DNA of 64,000 bases, from IMG/VR virus record IMGVR_UViG_3300008107_000253, positions 7,024-71,023 of that record. The stretch is one strand, 5' to 3'. Below the pieces are notes generated by a model. It saw only the letters and a list, made by a program, of their open reading frames with translations. It had not been told where the DNA came from and ran no database searches. Every line of letters begins with the position of its first letter. Position 1 is the first letter of the stretch. Source of the stretch: a virus. The position numbers and the translations under genes were made by a program. Of the stretch, positions 39,711 through 49,716 are shown one piece after another.

Positions 39711-40585
39711 AAGCAATATTAATACATTTATCTCCTCATAATTTGCCAATTAATGGCCAAATGATATGCGATAAATACGTATACAACACTCTGCCTTCTT
39801 ATGCTAATATATGTGTAAACCAATGTACGAAATATTTTCATGATCCTGTTGTAATTGATAATCAATATGTCATTGAACACATGAGAGATGATATTAAAAA
39901 TCTTTATGATATTTGTCTTATAAAATATCCAACACAATCATCAAATGCCTTTTGGTTTACAACAATGGCAAGATTATTTGTTTTATATCATTATTGTAAA
40001 CATAATAGTATAAATGAGTTCATTCATTTAGAATATGACAACTTAATATATTCAGAGATGAATGAACTTAAAAAATTAAAACCATCGTTATATTTTACAA
40101 GCGTTGGTCCCTATATCGGATCTGCTGGATTTGTGTATTGTAATTCTTTATCACATTTAGAAAAATTTATTGTTCACCTAACAAAATTGATAAACACAGG
40201 AGAACAAATACTGTACAATGATAATATTGTTCCTCATTTCTTACCAGTTTCTGAAATGGTCATGATAGATTTGATCTATAGAGGAACACAAAATGTAATA
40301 GAGTATCTACCAACATTACCGCTGGGAGTAGGAAGTAATCATTTTAATGAGTTAGGAATACTGTTTGATGGTGCTTCATACGGCCAATACATAGGAGGTA
40401 CAAATAACGGGCATAGCAAAGGATTCTGCGACCCCAATCATTATGTGGGCCAAAATATTTCAAATAACACAATAAATGTTTTATTTCAAAATAAAAAACC
40501 ATATACATCATATAACGGCAAATTAATTCCAATCGTTAATTTGCACATTCACAGTAAACAACTAGAACTATATTCTAATGAATAA
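39707..40585 (+). CDS. Putative glycosyltransferase-like protein
   Basis: FWFTTMARLF...HLEYDNLIY...SEM...FDGASYGQYIGG...NLHIHSK. Confidence 0.55.
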   Translation: MKAILIHLSPHNLPINGQMICDKYVYNTLPSYANICVNQCTKYFHDPVVIDNQYVIEHMRDDIKNLYDICLIKYPTQSSNAFWFTTMARLFVLYHYCKHNSINEFIHLEYDNLIYSEMNELKKLKPSLYFTSVGPYIGSAGFVYCNSLSHLEKFIVHLTKLINTGEQILYNDNIVPHFLPVSEMVMIDLIYRGTQNVIEYLPTLPLGVGSNHFNELGILFDGASYGQYIGGTNNGHSKGFCDPNHYVGQNISNNTINVLFQNKKPYTSYNGKLIPIVNLHIHSKQLELYSNE

Positions 40586-41351
40586 TACTTTTATCACGGG
40601 TAATAAATTTAAATCTCTATGCGATGATTATGTTGACATAGACAAACATTATATTGATATTTCAAAAAAACCAAAAACAATATTTGTAAAGACCGACTAT
40701 ATTCCTGCATTTTACAAAAAAATAATGCCACTAATAGATTATAATTTTAGCTTAGTTACACATAATTCCGATCTACATATCAACGAAAGATATTCGGTAA
40801 TATATGAGGATAAACGAATAATTAATTGGTACGCTATGAATTGCGAAATAATTCATCCAAAGCTTAAACCAATACCAATAGGAATTGCAAATGAAATATG
40901 GGAACACGGAAATGTCGATATTTTAAATGAAATCATAGAAAAAGAAATATCACATGACAATCTTTGCTATAGCAATTTTGATATATCTACTAACCCAAAC
41001 AAACGCAAACATGTATACGACATCATACAAAGTAAATCATTTATTGATTGTGAAACAAAAAAATTACCCTTCAAAGAATATTTGACAAAATTAAAAAGCT
41101 ATAAGTATGTAATATCACCACCGGGTAATGGAGTAGATTGTCATCGAATATGGGAATCAATTTACCTTGGTGTTATACCTATCGTAGAAAACCACGCCGC
41201 ATTGAGAGAATTTAAAGATTTGCCTATATTGTTTGTCGATTCGTTTTCGGATATAAATGAACAAATGTTGAATCATCTATATTTAAAAATCAAATATAGA
41301 GACAAACACAAAGTAAATATGTTAAGTGATTATAACAAAAACTTACTATAA
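40578..41351 (+). CDS. Exostosin/GT47-like glycosyltransferase
   Basis: THNSD...PIPIGIAN...YVISPPGNGVDCHRIWESIYLGVIPIV. Confidence 0.7.
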   Translation: MNNTFITGNKFKSLCDDYVDIDKHYIDISKKPKTIFVKTDYIPAFYKKIMPLIDYNFSLVTHNSDLHINERYSVIYEDKRIINWYAMNCEIIHPKLKPIPIGIANEIWEHGNVDILNEIIEKEISHDNLCYSNFDISTNPNKRKHVYDIIQSKSFIDCETKKLPFKEYLTKLKSYKYVISPPGNGVDCHRIWESIYLGVIPIVENHAALREFKDLPILFVDSFSDINEQMLNHLYLKIKYRDKHKVNMLSDYNKNLL

Positions 41352-41460
41352 TGCGCAACATTTTTTTACCACAATATAGGATAAGATTGTTTGCATGTCG
41401 AGGAATTAACTCACTTCTCACTAGCTACTAAATCTTTTGGTTGCATAAAAAAAATACCTA

Positions 41461-41468
41461 GATAAATA
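41461..41468 (+). promoter_or_regulatory. Late-like promoter GATAAATA
   Basis: 6 nt before the ATG at 41475. Confidence 0.5.
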
Positions 41469-41474
41469 TAAGGC

Positions 41475-42068
41475 ATGATACCACATTTGATTAACGAAAC
41501 ACTAAATGGAACTGGTGATTCTTCACAGCACACAATGGCACTTTTCGGCTTAGCACTGACTTTAAAAGCAAAAAATATTTTAGAATTAGGAGTTAGAGCA
41601 GGGCTTACTACATTGCCTTTATTACACTCAACATTATACACAGGAGGACACCTGACAAGTATTGATATCGAAGAAAATGCAGCAATAAGACAACTGCATA
41701 ATAATAACTCAAGTAATTGGGATTATATTATTTCAGAAGCACAACACTATTTAAAAAATTTACCACAAGATAAAATTTTTGATTTAGTTTTAATTGATGA
41801 TTGGCATGATGGTGATCATCTTTTTGAAGAAATAAAATTAATCGAGCCCCATATTACACCATCGTCATTAATTTTAATACATGATTGTATGTGTTATAAT
41901 ACACAGCCATCATATCATGTATACCTTGATAAAGAAGGTGAATTTGCAAATGGAGGTCCTTATGGTGCCGTGCAAAGATTGGATCGTGAAATATGGGAAT
42001 ATTCTACAATTCCTGTTAATAATGGCATGACAATTTTAAGAAAGCTTGACAAAACTTTAATTTTTTAA
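41475..42068 (+). CDS. Class I SAM-dependent methyltransferase (Methyltransf_24-like)
   Basis: ILELGVRAG, SIDI, DLVLIDDWH, LIHD. Confidence 0.85.
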   Translation: MIPHLINETLNGTGDSSQHTMALFGLALTLKAKNILELGVRAGLTTLPLLHSTLYTGGHLTSIDIEENAAIRQLHNNNSSNWDYIISEAQHYLKNLPQDKIFDLVLIDDWHDGDHLFEEIKLIEPHITPSSLILIHDCMCYNTQPSYHVYLDKEGEFANGGPYGAVQRLDREIWEYSTIPVNNGMTILRKLDKTLIF

Positions 42069-42107
42069 TTTATAAAATAAATTAAAAAATGCATAAAATT
42101 ATTTCCG

Positions 42108-42671
42108 ATGGATCATTATTATTATAATATAGGCGAAGATTGGTTCACATACCCGAACATATACGCAATGGCTGTCAATGGCGCACATGCTAATGCTAAA
42201 TTTGTTGAAGTAGGATCTTGGAAGGGACGCAGTTCATGTTTTATGGCTGTTGAAATTTTAAATTCTGGTAAAAATATAGAATTTTATTGTGTCGATACTT
42301 GGAAAGGTAGTGAAGAACACCAAGAAATGGATATAATTCATAGTGACAATTTATATCAAGAGTTTATTAAAAACATTAAACCAGTATCTAATATCATTAA
42401 GCCAATTAGAATGGATTCTTTGGATGCAAGTAAAACATTTGAAGATGAAACACTCGATTTTGTTTTCATAGATGCCGCTCATGACTATGAATCTGTCAAA
42501 AAGGATATTATTCACTGGTATCCAAAGGTCAAGAAAAATGGAATTTTAGCTGGGCATGATTATGCACCATCATGGGGAGTCAAACGAGCAGTTGACGAAT
42601 GGGCTGCTGAAAATAATATTGACATTGTAGTAGATCATGGCAGTATATGTTGGCTTTGCAAAAAGAAATAA
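42108..42671 (+). CDS. Class I SAM-dependent methyltransferase (Methyltransf_24-like)
   Basis: VEVGSWKGRS, VDTW, DFVFIDAAHDY, GILAGHDY. Confidence 0.88.
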   Translation: MDHYYYNIGEDWFTYPNIYAMAVNGAHANAKFVEVGSWKGRSSCFMAVEILNSGKNIEFYCVDTWKGSEEHQEMDIIHSDNLYQEFIKNIKPVSNIIKPIRMDSLDASKTFEDETLDFVFIDAAHDYESVKKDIIHWYPKVKKNGILAGHDYAPSWGVKRAVDEWAAENNIDIVVDHGSICWLCKKK

Positions 42672-42678
42672 AACTGAC

Positions 42679-42707
42679 TTGCAAATCAATATATAATGTA
42701 GTATCTT
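42679..42707 (+). promoter_or_regulatory. sigma70-like promoter TTGCAA-N17-TATCTT
   Basis: 17-nt spacer; -10 ends 7 nt before the gp46 ATG. Confidence 0.5.
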
Positions 42708-42714
42708 ATGCGTA

Positions 42715-44526
42715 ATGAAGCGTGTTGTCTTAAAAAAGCTAAAGGTCAAAAATTTTCTTAGTGTCGGTGATGAATGGGCAGAATTGGATATCAAACCAGG
42801 CCTAACATTCATCACAGGCCATAATCATGATAAGAACAGTTCGAATGGTGTTGGCAAATCAGCACTATTCACAGATTCATTCTTTTTTGCTCTTTATGGC
42901 CACACACTGCGCAAGCTCAATAAAAAAGAAATTGCTAATAACATTACACAGAAGCCATGCAAATCGATTATATCATTTGACGTTTATGATAATCACAATA
43001 AAGACGAATATATTCTAACAAGACAGCTCTCGCCATCTAAGATGCAGCTGTTTAAAAACGGAATTGACATTTCTCAAAATATTCGCGAAACTGATAATGT
43101 TATCGAAAAAACAATCAATGCTACTTCAGATATATTCAAGTATGCGGTCATTATGACTTTAAATGATTCTGTCGGGTTCATGAATCAAAATAAAAATGAC
43201 CGACGTAAATTCATTGAAAGTATTTTGAATTTAGGTGTATTTGCAGATATGGTCAAACTGCATACTAAGATTATCTCAGAGTCAAAAAAAGATTTCGAAG
43301 TCGCTAATAGTAGGTTGCTTGATGCTAAAAGAACCCTTGACCAATATGAAGAACAGACAAAGAAAAGTACCGAAAGAAGACAGAATAAAATTAAAGAACT
43401 AAATGATCGAATTGATTCCAACAAAGAGGAAATCAATCGTCTTTTAGATACGATTAATTCTATTCAAATTCCAGATATTAACAAGCTCCTGTCGAATAAA
43501 GATATCATAGAGCAAAAGCAAATTGAACTACGTCAATCAAAAGAAACTGTATTGACTAATAAGACTCAAATTGAATTTCAAATTCAGCAACATCAAAAAA
43601 GAATTAATCATATTCAAAGCCATGGCCCATCATGTGATAAATGCATGAGAGTGTTTACTGATGATGACAGGGCACATGAAGAAAATGAATTAGATACATT
43701 GAGACAAACAATTCAAGACTTAAAAGACAAGCTTGAGAAGTGGAATCATGCTAACAAAGAAATTGAGACTCGCATTAATAAATGCGTAGATGCATTAAAG
43801 CAAATCAATGATAATGTTCTTTTTGTAGAAACAAAAAAATCAGAAAAGGCAAGCATCCAATCTAGAATTGAACAACTTCAAAATTGGAATGATGTTATTG
43901 AAAAAGACATGTCATCGTTAAATGTAGAAGATGATAATTTTGTCGAAGCTATTAATGATATTAGTAATAGAGTAAATGATTTACAACAACAGACCAATAC
44001 CGAATCAGAAAAAATTGAAATACTAGAAATTGTTCGATTCTTGCTTTCTGAAGAAGGAATTAAAAAATTTATTGTCAAAAAAATTCTTAAATTGCTTAAT
44101 TCGAGATTGAGTCATTATCTCAAAGCTCTCAATGCACCATGCACATGTATCTTTGATGATGTCTTCGAAGAAAAAATTGTCAATGATAAGGGCGTTGAAT
44201 GTTCTTATGAATCATTTTCTGGTGGAGAGCGGAAAAGAATTGACCTTGCTATGCTTTTTACATTTCAAGATATTCGTAGATTGCAATCCAATACCACTAT
44301 CAATATCAGTGTATATGATGAATTGATCGACTCTGCATTATCAAGCGAGGGTGTTTTGAATGTTCTTGAAATGCTAAAAGAAAGATCAATCAAATACAAC
44401 GAGGCGATGTATATTATTACACATCGAAAAGAGAACACTACACTGATGAATGATTCGAATGTCATTCATCTTGAGAAAAAAAATGGAATAACTGAATTGA
44501 AAATGACAGAGACTTGTACTATATAA
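42715..44526 (+). CDS. Recombination ATPase subunit (gp46, Rad50/SbcC-like)
   Basis: KNFLSVG, NGVGKS, CDKC zinc hook, FSGGE signature, YDELIDSAL, ITH. Confidence 0.93.
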   Translation: MKRVVLKKLKVKNFLSVGDEWAELDIKPGLTFITGHNHDKNSSNGVGKSALFTDSFFFALYGHTLRKLNKKEIANNITQKPCKSIISFDVYDNHNKDEYILTRQLSPSKMQLFKNGIDISQNIRETDNVIEKTINATSDIFKYAVIMTLNDSVGFMNQNKNDRRKFIESILNLGVFADMVKLHTKIISESKKDFEVANSRLLDAKRTLDQYEEQTKKSTERRQNKIKELNDRIDSNKEEINRLLDTINSIQIPDINKLLSNKDIIEQKQIELRQSKETVLTNKTQIEFQIQQHQKRINHIQSHGPSCDKCMRVFTDDDRAHEENELDTLRQTIQDLKDKLEKWNHANKEIETRINKCVDALKQINDNVLFVETKKSEKASIQSRIEQLQNWNDVIEKDMSSLNVEDDNFVEAINDISNRVNDLQQQTNTESEKIEILEIVRFLLSEEGIKKFIVKKILKLLNSRLSHYLKALNAPCTCIFDDVFEEKIVNDKGVECSYESFSGGERKRIDLAMLFTFQDIRRLQSNTTINISVYDELIDSALSSEGVLNVLEMLKERSIKYNEAMYIITHRKENTTLMNDSNVIHLEKKNGITELKMTETCTI

Positions 44527-44529
44527 ATA
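44522..44529 (+). promoter_or_regulatory. T4 late promoter consensus TATAAATA
   Basis: Exact consensus, 7 nt before the ATG at 44537. Confidence 0.6.
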
Positions 44530-44536
44530 CAAAGTC

Positions 44537-45787
44537 ATGTCAATCCATAATCCATATACACAAGGAACTGTAATTGGTAAGCCAGTATTTGGCAATTATA
44601 ACCCAGAATTTTTTCAACGAAGAGTTAACGCACAATTCGAGCAACTAAGAAAGAATGCACCACCAGTACAATCGGCAGACACCCCTGGTGCTGGACTAAA
44701 GAGAGCCTTACATTTTTATGCTGATTATGGTGGGTGTGGGTTGTGGCGTATGACATGGCCAGAATTACTTCTTAATGGATATGGAAAAGCCGTAGTCAAT
44801 AGTTTGACTCAAATGGTTTCTGATCCTAATTTTTATCAGCCAATTAATGCAATTAAATTACAAAGACAAGCAACACCAGATCAGTATGAATTTGTGAAAT
44901 TCCTTAAGAGCCTGCAAGGCGAGTTTGGATTTAAACTTATCTATGAGGTTGATGATGTTGTATTTGGTGAAGATATTCCTCTATACAATACTAGTCGTGT
45001 GGCATTTACAGATCCAGTAATTAATGAAACGATCAAAAAGATTATTAATCTGTGTGACGAAATGTGCGTAGTATCTCCATACATGAGAGATTACTACAAG
45101 CGTAAAACAGGTAAACAAGAAATTAATGTCATTCCAAATTATGCACCAAAATTCTGGCTGCATGATTTTTACAATCCAATCAAGATTGACAAAAATTATG
45201 TTAAAAATAAGAAGAAACCTGTGATTGGTTATATGGGATCTGGTACGCACTTTGACCCATCAAATGCAGCGAATCAACAAGATGACTTTGCTCATGTTAT
45301 CGATGCAGTTATTCGCACACGTAATAAATTTCAATGGGTCTTCTTAGGCGGGATTCCAATGAAACTTTTGCCCTATGTGCACCGCAAAGAAATTATTCAT
45401 GTGCCATGGGTGAACATTTATGAAATGCCGCGTGTATTTGCTTCGCTAAATGTCAATGCTGTTGTAGCACCAATCGCACGCAATGAATTCAATCGTGCAA
45501 AATCGGACATTAAAATGCTCGAAGCTGGTGCATTGGGCATTCCAGGCGTCTTCCAGAATCTTGAACCATATCAAGCCGCACCTTATAAATTCGATACAGG
45601 AGATGAGATGATCGCACAGCTTGATCGACTTCTCAAAGATCGCAATGAGTATCTCAAACAATCAGAGAAGGCTCGTAAGATGGCGGAAAAGAGATGGCTA
45701 GACGATCATCTTGATGAGCATTACGAAATGCTCTTTAAAATGCCAAACGAAAAACGTGATTCTCTCTCCGCCAATGGTTATAATTAA
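44537..45787 (+). CDS. GT-B fold glycosyltransferase (GT4-like)
   Basis: GCGLWRMTWP, LQR, YEVDD, IPNY, IGYMGSGTH, API...FNRAKSDIKMLE. Confidence 0.8.
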   Translation: MSIHNPYTQGTVIGKPVFGNYNPEFFQRRVNAQFEQLRKNAPPVQSADTPGAGLKRALHFYADYGGCGLWRMTWPELLLNGYGKAVVNSLTQMVSDPNFYQPINAIKLQRQATPDQYEFVKFLKSLQGEFGFKLIYEVDDVVFGEDIPLYNTSRVAFTDPVINETIKKIINLCDEMCVVSPYMRDYYKRKTGKQEINVIPNYAPKFWLHDFYNPIKIDKNYVKNKKKPVIGYMGSGTHFDPSNAANQQDDFAHVIDAVIRTRNKFQWVFLGGIPMKLLPYVHRKEIIHVPWVNIYEMPRVFASLNVNAVVAPIARNEFNRAKSDIKMLEAGALGIPGVFQNLEPYQAAPYKFDTGDEMIAQLDRLLKDRNEYLKQSEKARKMAEKRWLDDHLDEHYEMLFKMPNEKRDSLSANGYN

Positions 45788-45789
45788 CC

Positions 45790-48369
45790 ATGTGGAGAAA
45801 TGTCTATTACGATAATAGCCGAAAGAAATTATTTTTGTGGAGTTGGGATAAGCAAGGCAAGCGCCGAATGTATGACTTTGCCTTTGAACCATTTCTCTAT
45901 GTAGAAACCACTGATGCAAAAAATGCAGATGGCAAGAGCTTGTTTGATACCAATTTGAAGAAGCTTACTTTCGCGAGTGAAAGCGCTCGTAATGCATATA
46001 TTAAGCAATCAAATATCCGTAGGCTATTTTACAACCTAAAACCAGAACAACAATTTCTTTTAGATCTTTATAGAGACAAGGACTTTGATTGGTCTGAATT
46101 GCCATTTAAGGTTTTTTATGCTGACATTGAGGTGTATTCTCCTTATGAATTTCCAGAGGCAGATGAAGCAAAACACCCAATCAATGTTGTCACTATTTAT
46201 GATAGCATTGCACAGACATATCATGTATGGGGATTGAATGATTATGATAAGAGCAAGTTGAATGAAGTTCTACAAAAACAGAACATATCACCACTCGACA
46301 TATCAAAAATCAAATACACACATTGCCGTTCGGAAACAGAATTGCTTCAGAAGTTTTTAGACTTCTGGACAAATGATTATCCTGATCTAGTGACAGGATG
46401 GAATATTGAAGGATTTGATATTCCATATCTCATTAACCGAATTTCATATATACTCAGTGAAGCCGATGCAAGATCACTCTCACCAGTCAATAAGCTCTAT
46501 GTAAGAGAGGGAATTGCTACAAAATTCGGTCGAGAAATTAACAAATGGTATATTCGAGGGCTTACTTGCCTTGATTATATGGATTTGTATAAGACATTCA
46601 GCAGAGGTGAGCAAGATTCTTATTCATTAAATAACATCGCAGCGGTCGAGCTTGATATTACAAAACTTTCACACAATGCAAGTGACCTTGCGTCTTTGAG
46701 TGAAAGTGATTGGAATATGTTTGTCAATTACAACATTCATGACGTAAACCTCGTTCGTCTGCTCGATGAAAAGTTGAATTATGTGAACATTGCTCGCTTC
46801 TTGGCTTATAAAGGATTTACAAAAATTGAAGATTCTTTAGGCAAGATCATGATTGTAACAGGCGCAATGTGTAAGGAAGCAAATCGGCTTGGTAAAATTA
46901 TTCCAACATTCGCACCTTCAAATTCACAAGAGGATTATGTTGGTGGTTATGTTAGAGAACCACAAAGAGGATTGCATGAAGCTGTAGTGTCATTTGATGC
47001 TAATTCACTATATCCTAATACAATCATTACACTTAATTTGTCACCAGAAACAAAAATTGGCAAGATCATTTACAAGGACGATGATGAATGCAGAGTCAAA
47101 TTTATAAATGGTAAAATACAATCAATGAGCCATGAAAAGTTGCACGAATTGTGCTCAAAAAACAATTTAGCATTATCAATGGCTGGTGTCTTATATAGAC
47201 AAGATGTAAAGGGCATTTGCCCGTCATTTATCGATTCCTTATATCAAGAGCGTGTTGTTATTCAAAATCAAATTGAACAGCTAGAATCACAGAATTTGAA
47301 GGAGAACAAGGCGAAAATTAAGCATCTTGACCAGATGCAATATACGATCAAAATCTTTTTGAATTCGGCATATGGTACTTATGCTAACAAGTATAGTCCT
47401 TTTTATGACATTGATATGGCGGCGAGTATTACAGAGACAGGACAGGCTGTAATCAAGCAAGCAGCTGGAGTTGTAAATCAATACTTTATACAAGAACACA
47501 ATCTCCCTGATAAAGATTATATCATTTATGGAGATACGGATTCGATTTATCTTACCATGAAGTCTTATCTTGCAATCAAGCAAGTTACTGTATTGCATGA
47601 TAATGGAAATGTAACAGAAGAATTTGTTAAAGAAACAGACACTCTGCAGTCATATATCAATGACAAGATCAATAATTGGGCTCGCAATGTTTTACATTCA
47701 ACAGATCCAAGATACTTCTTTAAGAGAGAATCAATTTGTGATGCTGGTCTCTTCTTGGAAAAGAAACGATATATTCTTAGTGTCCGATATGACGGAAAAA
47801 GACACAAACACAAATTTAAGTATGTCGGGGTTGAAGTACAGCGAAGCACGTATTCCGCAGCAATCAAAACCATGATGAAAGACATTATCATGGAAGTGTT
47901 TCGCACCAAAGACAGGCTTAAATCAGATGCCAAATATCGTGAATGTTACGAGAGGTTTAAGGAATTGCCTATTGATGAGATTGCTTTCAGATCTTCAATT
48001 AAAGACTACGAAAAATATGCAAGCCAATCGGATGGATTCAAAATAGCTTTGCATACACCTATTCATGTCAAGTCGGCAATTTATTATAATACATTGCTTG
48101 AAACATTAAAATTGAAAGCAAAATATCAAGCAATTGTTTCCGGCACCAAAATCAAATACATCTATACAGGACAAAACAAATACGGCATCAAGTGCATAGG
48201 CTTTAATGATACGATTCCAGAAGAATTTGATATTAAAGTTGATGTAGAAAAAATGTTTGAATCATTAGTTGCACCGTGCATTGAAAGAGTGTATAATTCA
48301 TTGGGGTGGCAACTGCCTGACATGAGAAGACAATACCAATGTGATTTCTTAGAACTTTTCGGATTATGA
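45790..48369 (+). CDS. Family B DNA polymerase (T4 gp43-like)
   Basis: Exonuclease DIE, GWNIEGFD, YNIHDV; polymerase DANSLYP, KIFLNSAYG, YGDTDS, KKRY; no intein evident. Confidence 0.97.
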   Translation: MWRNVYYDNSRKKLFLWSWDKQGKRRMYDFAFEPFLYVETTDAKNADGKSLFDTNLKKLTFASESARNAYIKQSNIRRLFYNLKPEQQFLLDLYRDKDFDWSELPFKVFYADIEVYSPYEFPEADEAKHPINVVTIYDSIAQTYHVWGLNDYDKSKLNEVLQKQNISPLDISKIKYTHCRSETELLQKFLDFWTNDYPDLVTGWNIEGFDIPYLINRISYILSEADARSLSPVNKLYVREGIATKFGREINKWYIRGLTCLDYMDLYKTFSRGEQDSYSLNNIAAVELDITKLSHNASDLASLSESDWNMFVNYNIHDVNLVRLLDEKLNYVNIARFLAYKGFTKIEDSLGKIMIVTGAMCKEANRLGKIIPTFAPSNSQEDYVGGYVREPQRGLHEAVVSFDANSLYPNTIITLNLSPETKIGKIIYKDDDECRVKFINGKIQSMSHEKLHELCSKNNLALSMAGVLYRQDVKGICPSFIDSLYQERVVIQNQIEQLESQNLKENKAKIKHLDQMQYTIKIFLNSAYGTYANKYSPFYDIDMAASITETGQAVIKQAAGVVNQYFIQEHNLPDKDYIIYGDTDSIYLTMKSYLAIKQVTVLHDNGNVTEEFVKETDTLQSYINDKINNWARNVLHSTDPRYFFKRESICDAGLFLEKKRYILSVRYDGKRHKHKFKYVGVEVQRSTYSAAIKTMMKDIIMEVFRTKDRLKSDAKYRECYERFKELPIDEIAFRSSIKDYEKYASQSDGFKIALHTPIHVKSAIYYNTLLETLKLKAKYQAIVSGTKIKYIYTGQNKYGIKCIGFNDTIPEEFDIKVDVEKMFESLVAPCIERVYNSLGWQLPDMRRQYQCDFLELFGL

Positions 48370-49169
48370 ATAAAACATACATTACACACGAAGCACCTAT
48401 ATCTATTTTAGATACAGTAGGTTCAATTACTGACTACGACTATTGTTTGGTTCATCTTCTAGATGAATCAGAAAAGTATCGTGATTATTTTTTCAGGCAG
48501 AAAAAAGCAGGACGAAGAATCATTCTTGACAATAGTATATTCGAACTTGGCACTGCATTTGATCATGCCAAATATGAGCAATGGATCGTCAAGCTAGAAC
48601 CATTTATTTACATTATGCCTGATGTGCTTGGTGATTTGGATGCTACTGTTGAAAATGCAAATGTATGGAGTAAAAAGAAATTTAATAGCAGACCGATGGC
48701 AGTAGTGCAGGGTCAAAGCATGGATGAGCTTACTACATGTTATACAAAGTTCATTCATCTCGGTATCAATACAATTGCGATTGGATTTAATCATGACTTC
48801 TTTGTTCGTGATGAATCAACAAGGGACTGGGATCAAGCGAACGGCAGAATAAAATTCGTTCAACATTTGCTGAATAAATTTTATTGGAATGGAGGCGCAT
48901 TCATCAATGATGGCGAAGGATTTTATCACCATTTGCTGGGTTGCTCTTTGCCGGTGGAATTCTGTCATTCAATTTATCAATCGGTTCACATTAATAGCAT
49001 CGACACTTCAAGCCCAGTATTGCACGGACTTCTTGGTGTTGATTATGAGCCACTAGGCATCTTAACAAAGAAGAAAATTAAAATGAATGATCTTATACAT
49101 GCAAATGTTACATCAGAACAATTGCAAAAAATCATTGCAAACATTCACACCTTCAGCGATATTATTTGA
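48366..49169 (+). CDS. TGT/DpdA-fold guanine transglycosylase-like protein
   Basis: Ordered TGT-like motifs LDNS (cf. DSGG), MPDV, AVVQG (cf. GIVQG), IAIG (cf. YAIGG), HLLG (cf. YLMG), SIDTSSP (cf. FDCVxP); lacks the C-terminal Zn cluster. Confidence 0.7.
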   Translation: MNKTYITHEAPISILDTVGSITDYDYCLVHLLDESEKYRDYFFRQKKAGRRIILDNSIFELGTAFDHAKYEQWIVKLEPFIYIMPDVLGDLDATVENANVWSKKKFNSRPMAVVQGQSMDELTTCYTKFIHLGINTIAIGFNHDFFVRDESTRDWDQANGRIKFVQHLLNKFYWNGGAFINDGEGFYHHLLGCSLPVEFCHSIYQSVHINSIDTSSPVLHGLLGVDYEPLGILTKKKIKMNDLIHANVTSEQLQKIIANIHTFSDII

Positions 49170-49170
49170 T

Positions 49171-49716
49171 ATGAAAATCTGTATTAGCGGGCCTCAATGT
49201 TCAGGTAAAAGCACACTCATGAAAGCGTTGGGTAATATTGAAATGTTTGAAGATTATCATTTCATTGATGAACCAGTACGCAAGCTTGTTGCTGAAAAAG
49301 GAATTAAGATTAATAAAATTGCAGACTATGAAAGTCAAATGATGATTCTCGAAGAACACCATCGAAACACGTATCGGCATTATTCTTTAATCACAGATCG
49401 TGGGGCATTAGATGCTTTTACGTATGCTACTTGGTCGTATCTCAAGGGCGATTATTCCTATAAGGAATGGACTGATTTTTCAGACATCTTCCAAAAAACA
49501 ATGAGAAGATATGATCGAATTTTTATTATGCCTCCGCTTGAAATGAAAAATGATGGATTCCGTTCTTTAGATGTCAATTGGCAAAATGAAATTGCTAATC
49601 TGATGGAAGATATTGCAAATGAATGGTGTGCCGTTAATAATTGGATTGTGCCGGTACATAATGTACCCACCGGCAATACAAATGATTATGTGAAATTTAT
49701 TCTTAGCCTCGTATGA
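49171..49716 (+). CDS. P-loop nucleotide kinase-like protein (AAA_28/NadR-type)
   Basis: ISGPQCSGKSTL; ITDRGALD; DGFR; ATG at 49171. Confidence 0.8.
   Translation: MKICISGPQCSGKSTLMKALGNIEMFEDYHFIDEPVRKLVAEKGIKINKIADYESQMMILEEHHRNTYRHYSLITDRGALDAFTYATWSYLKGDYSYKEWTDFSDIFQKTMRRYDRIFIMPPLEMKNDGFRSLDVNWQNEIANLMEDIANEWCAVNNWIVPVHNVPTGNTNDYVKFILSLV

Noticed and set aside
41352-41460. Intergenic stretch as a tRNA or structured RNA
   Set aside because: No cloverleaf, T-loop motif or strong stem is visible
45790-48369. Intein or intron in the polymerase, terminase, helicase or UvsX
   Set aside because: Lengths and motif spacing are normal; no splicing or homing-endonuclease motifs are seen
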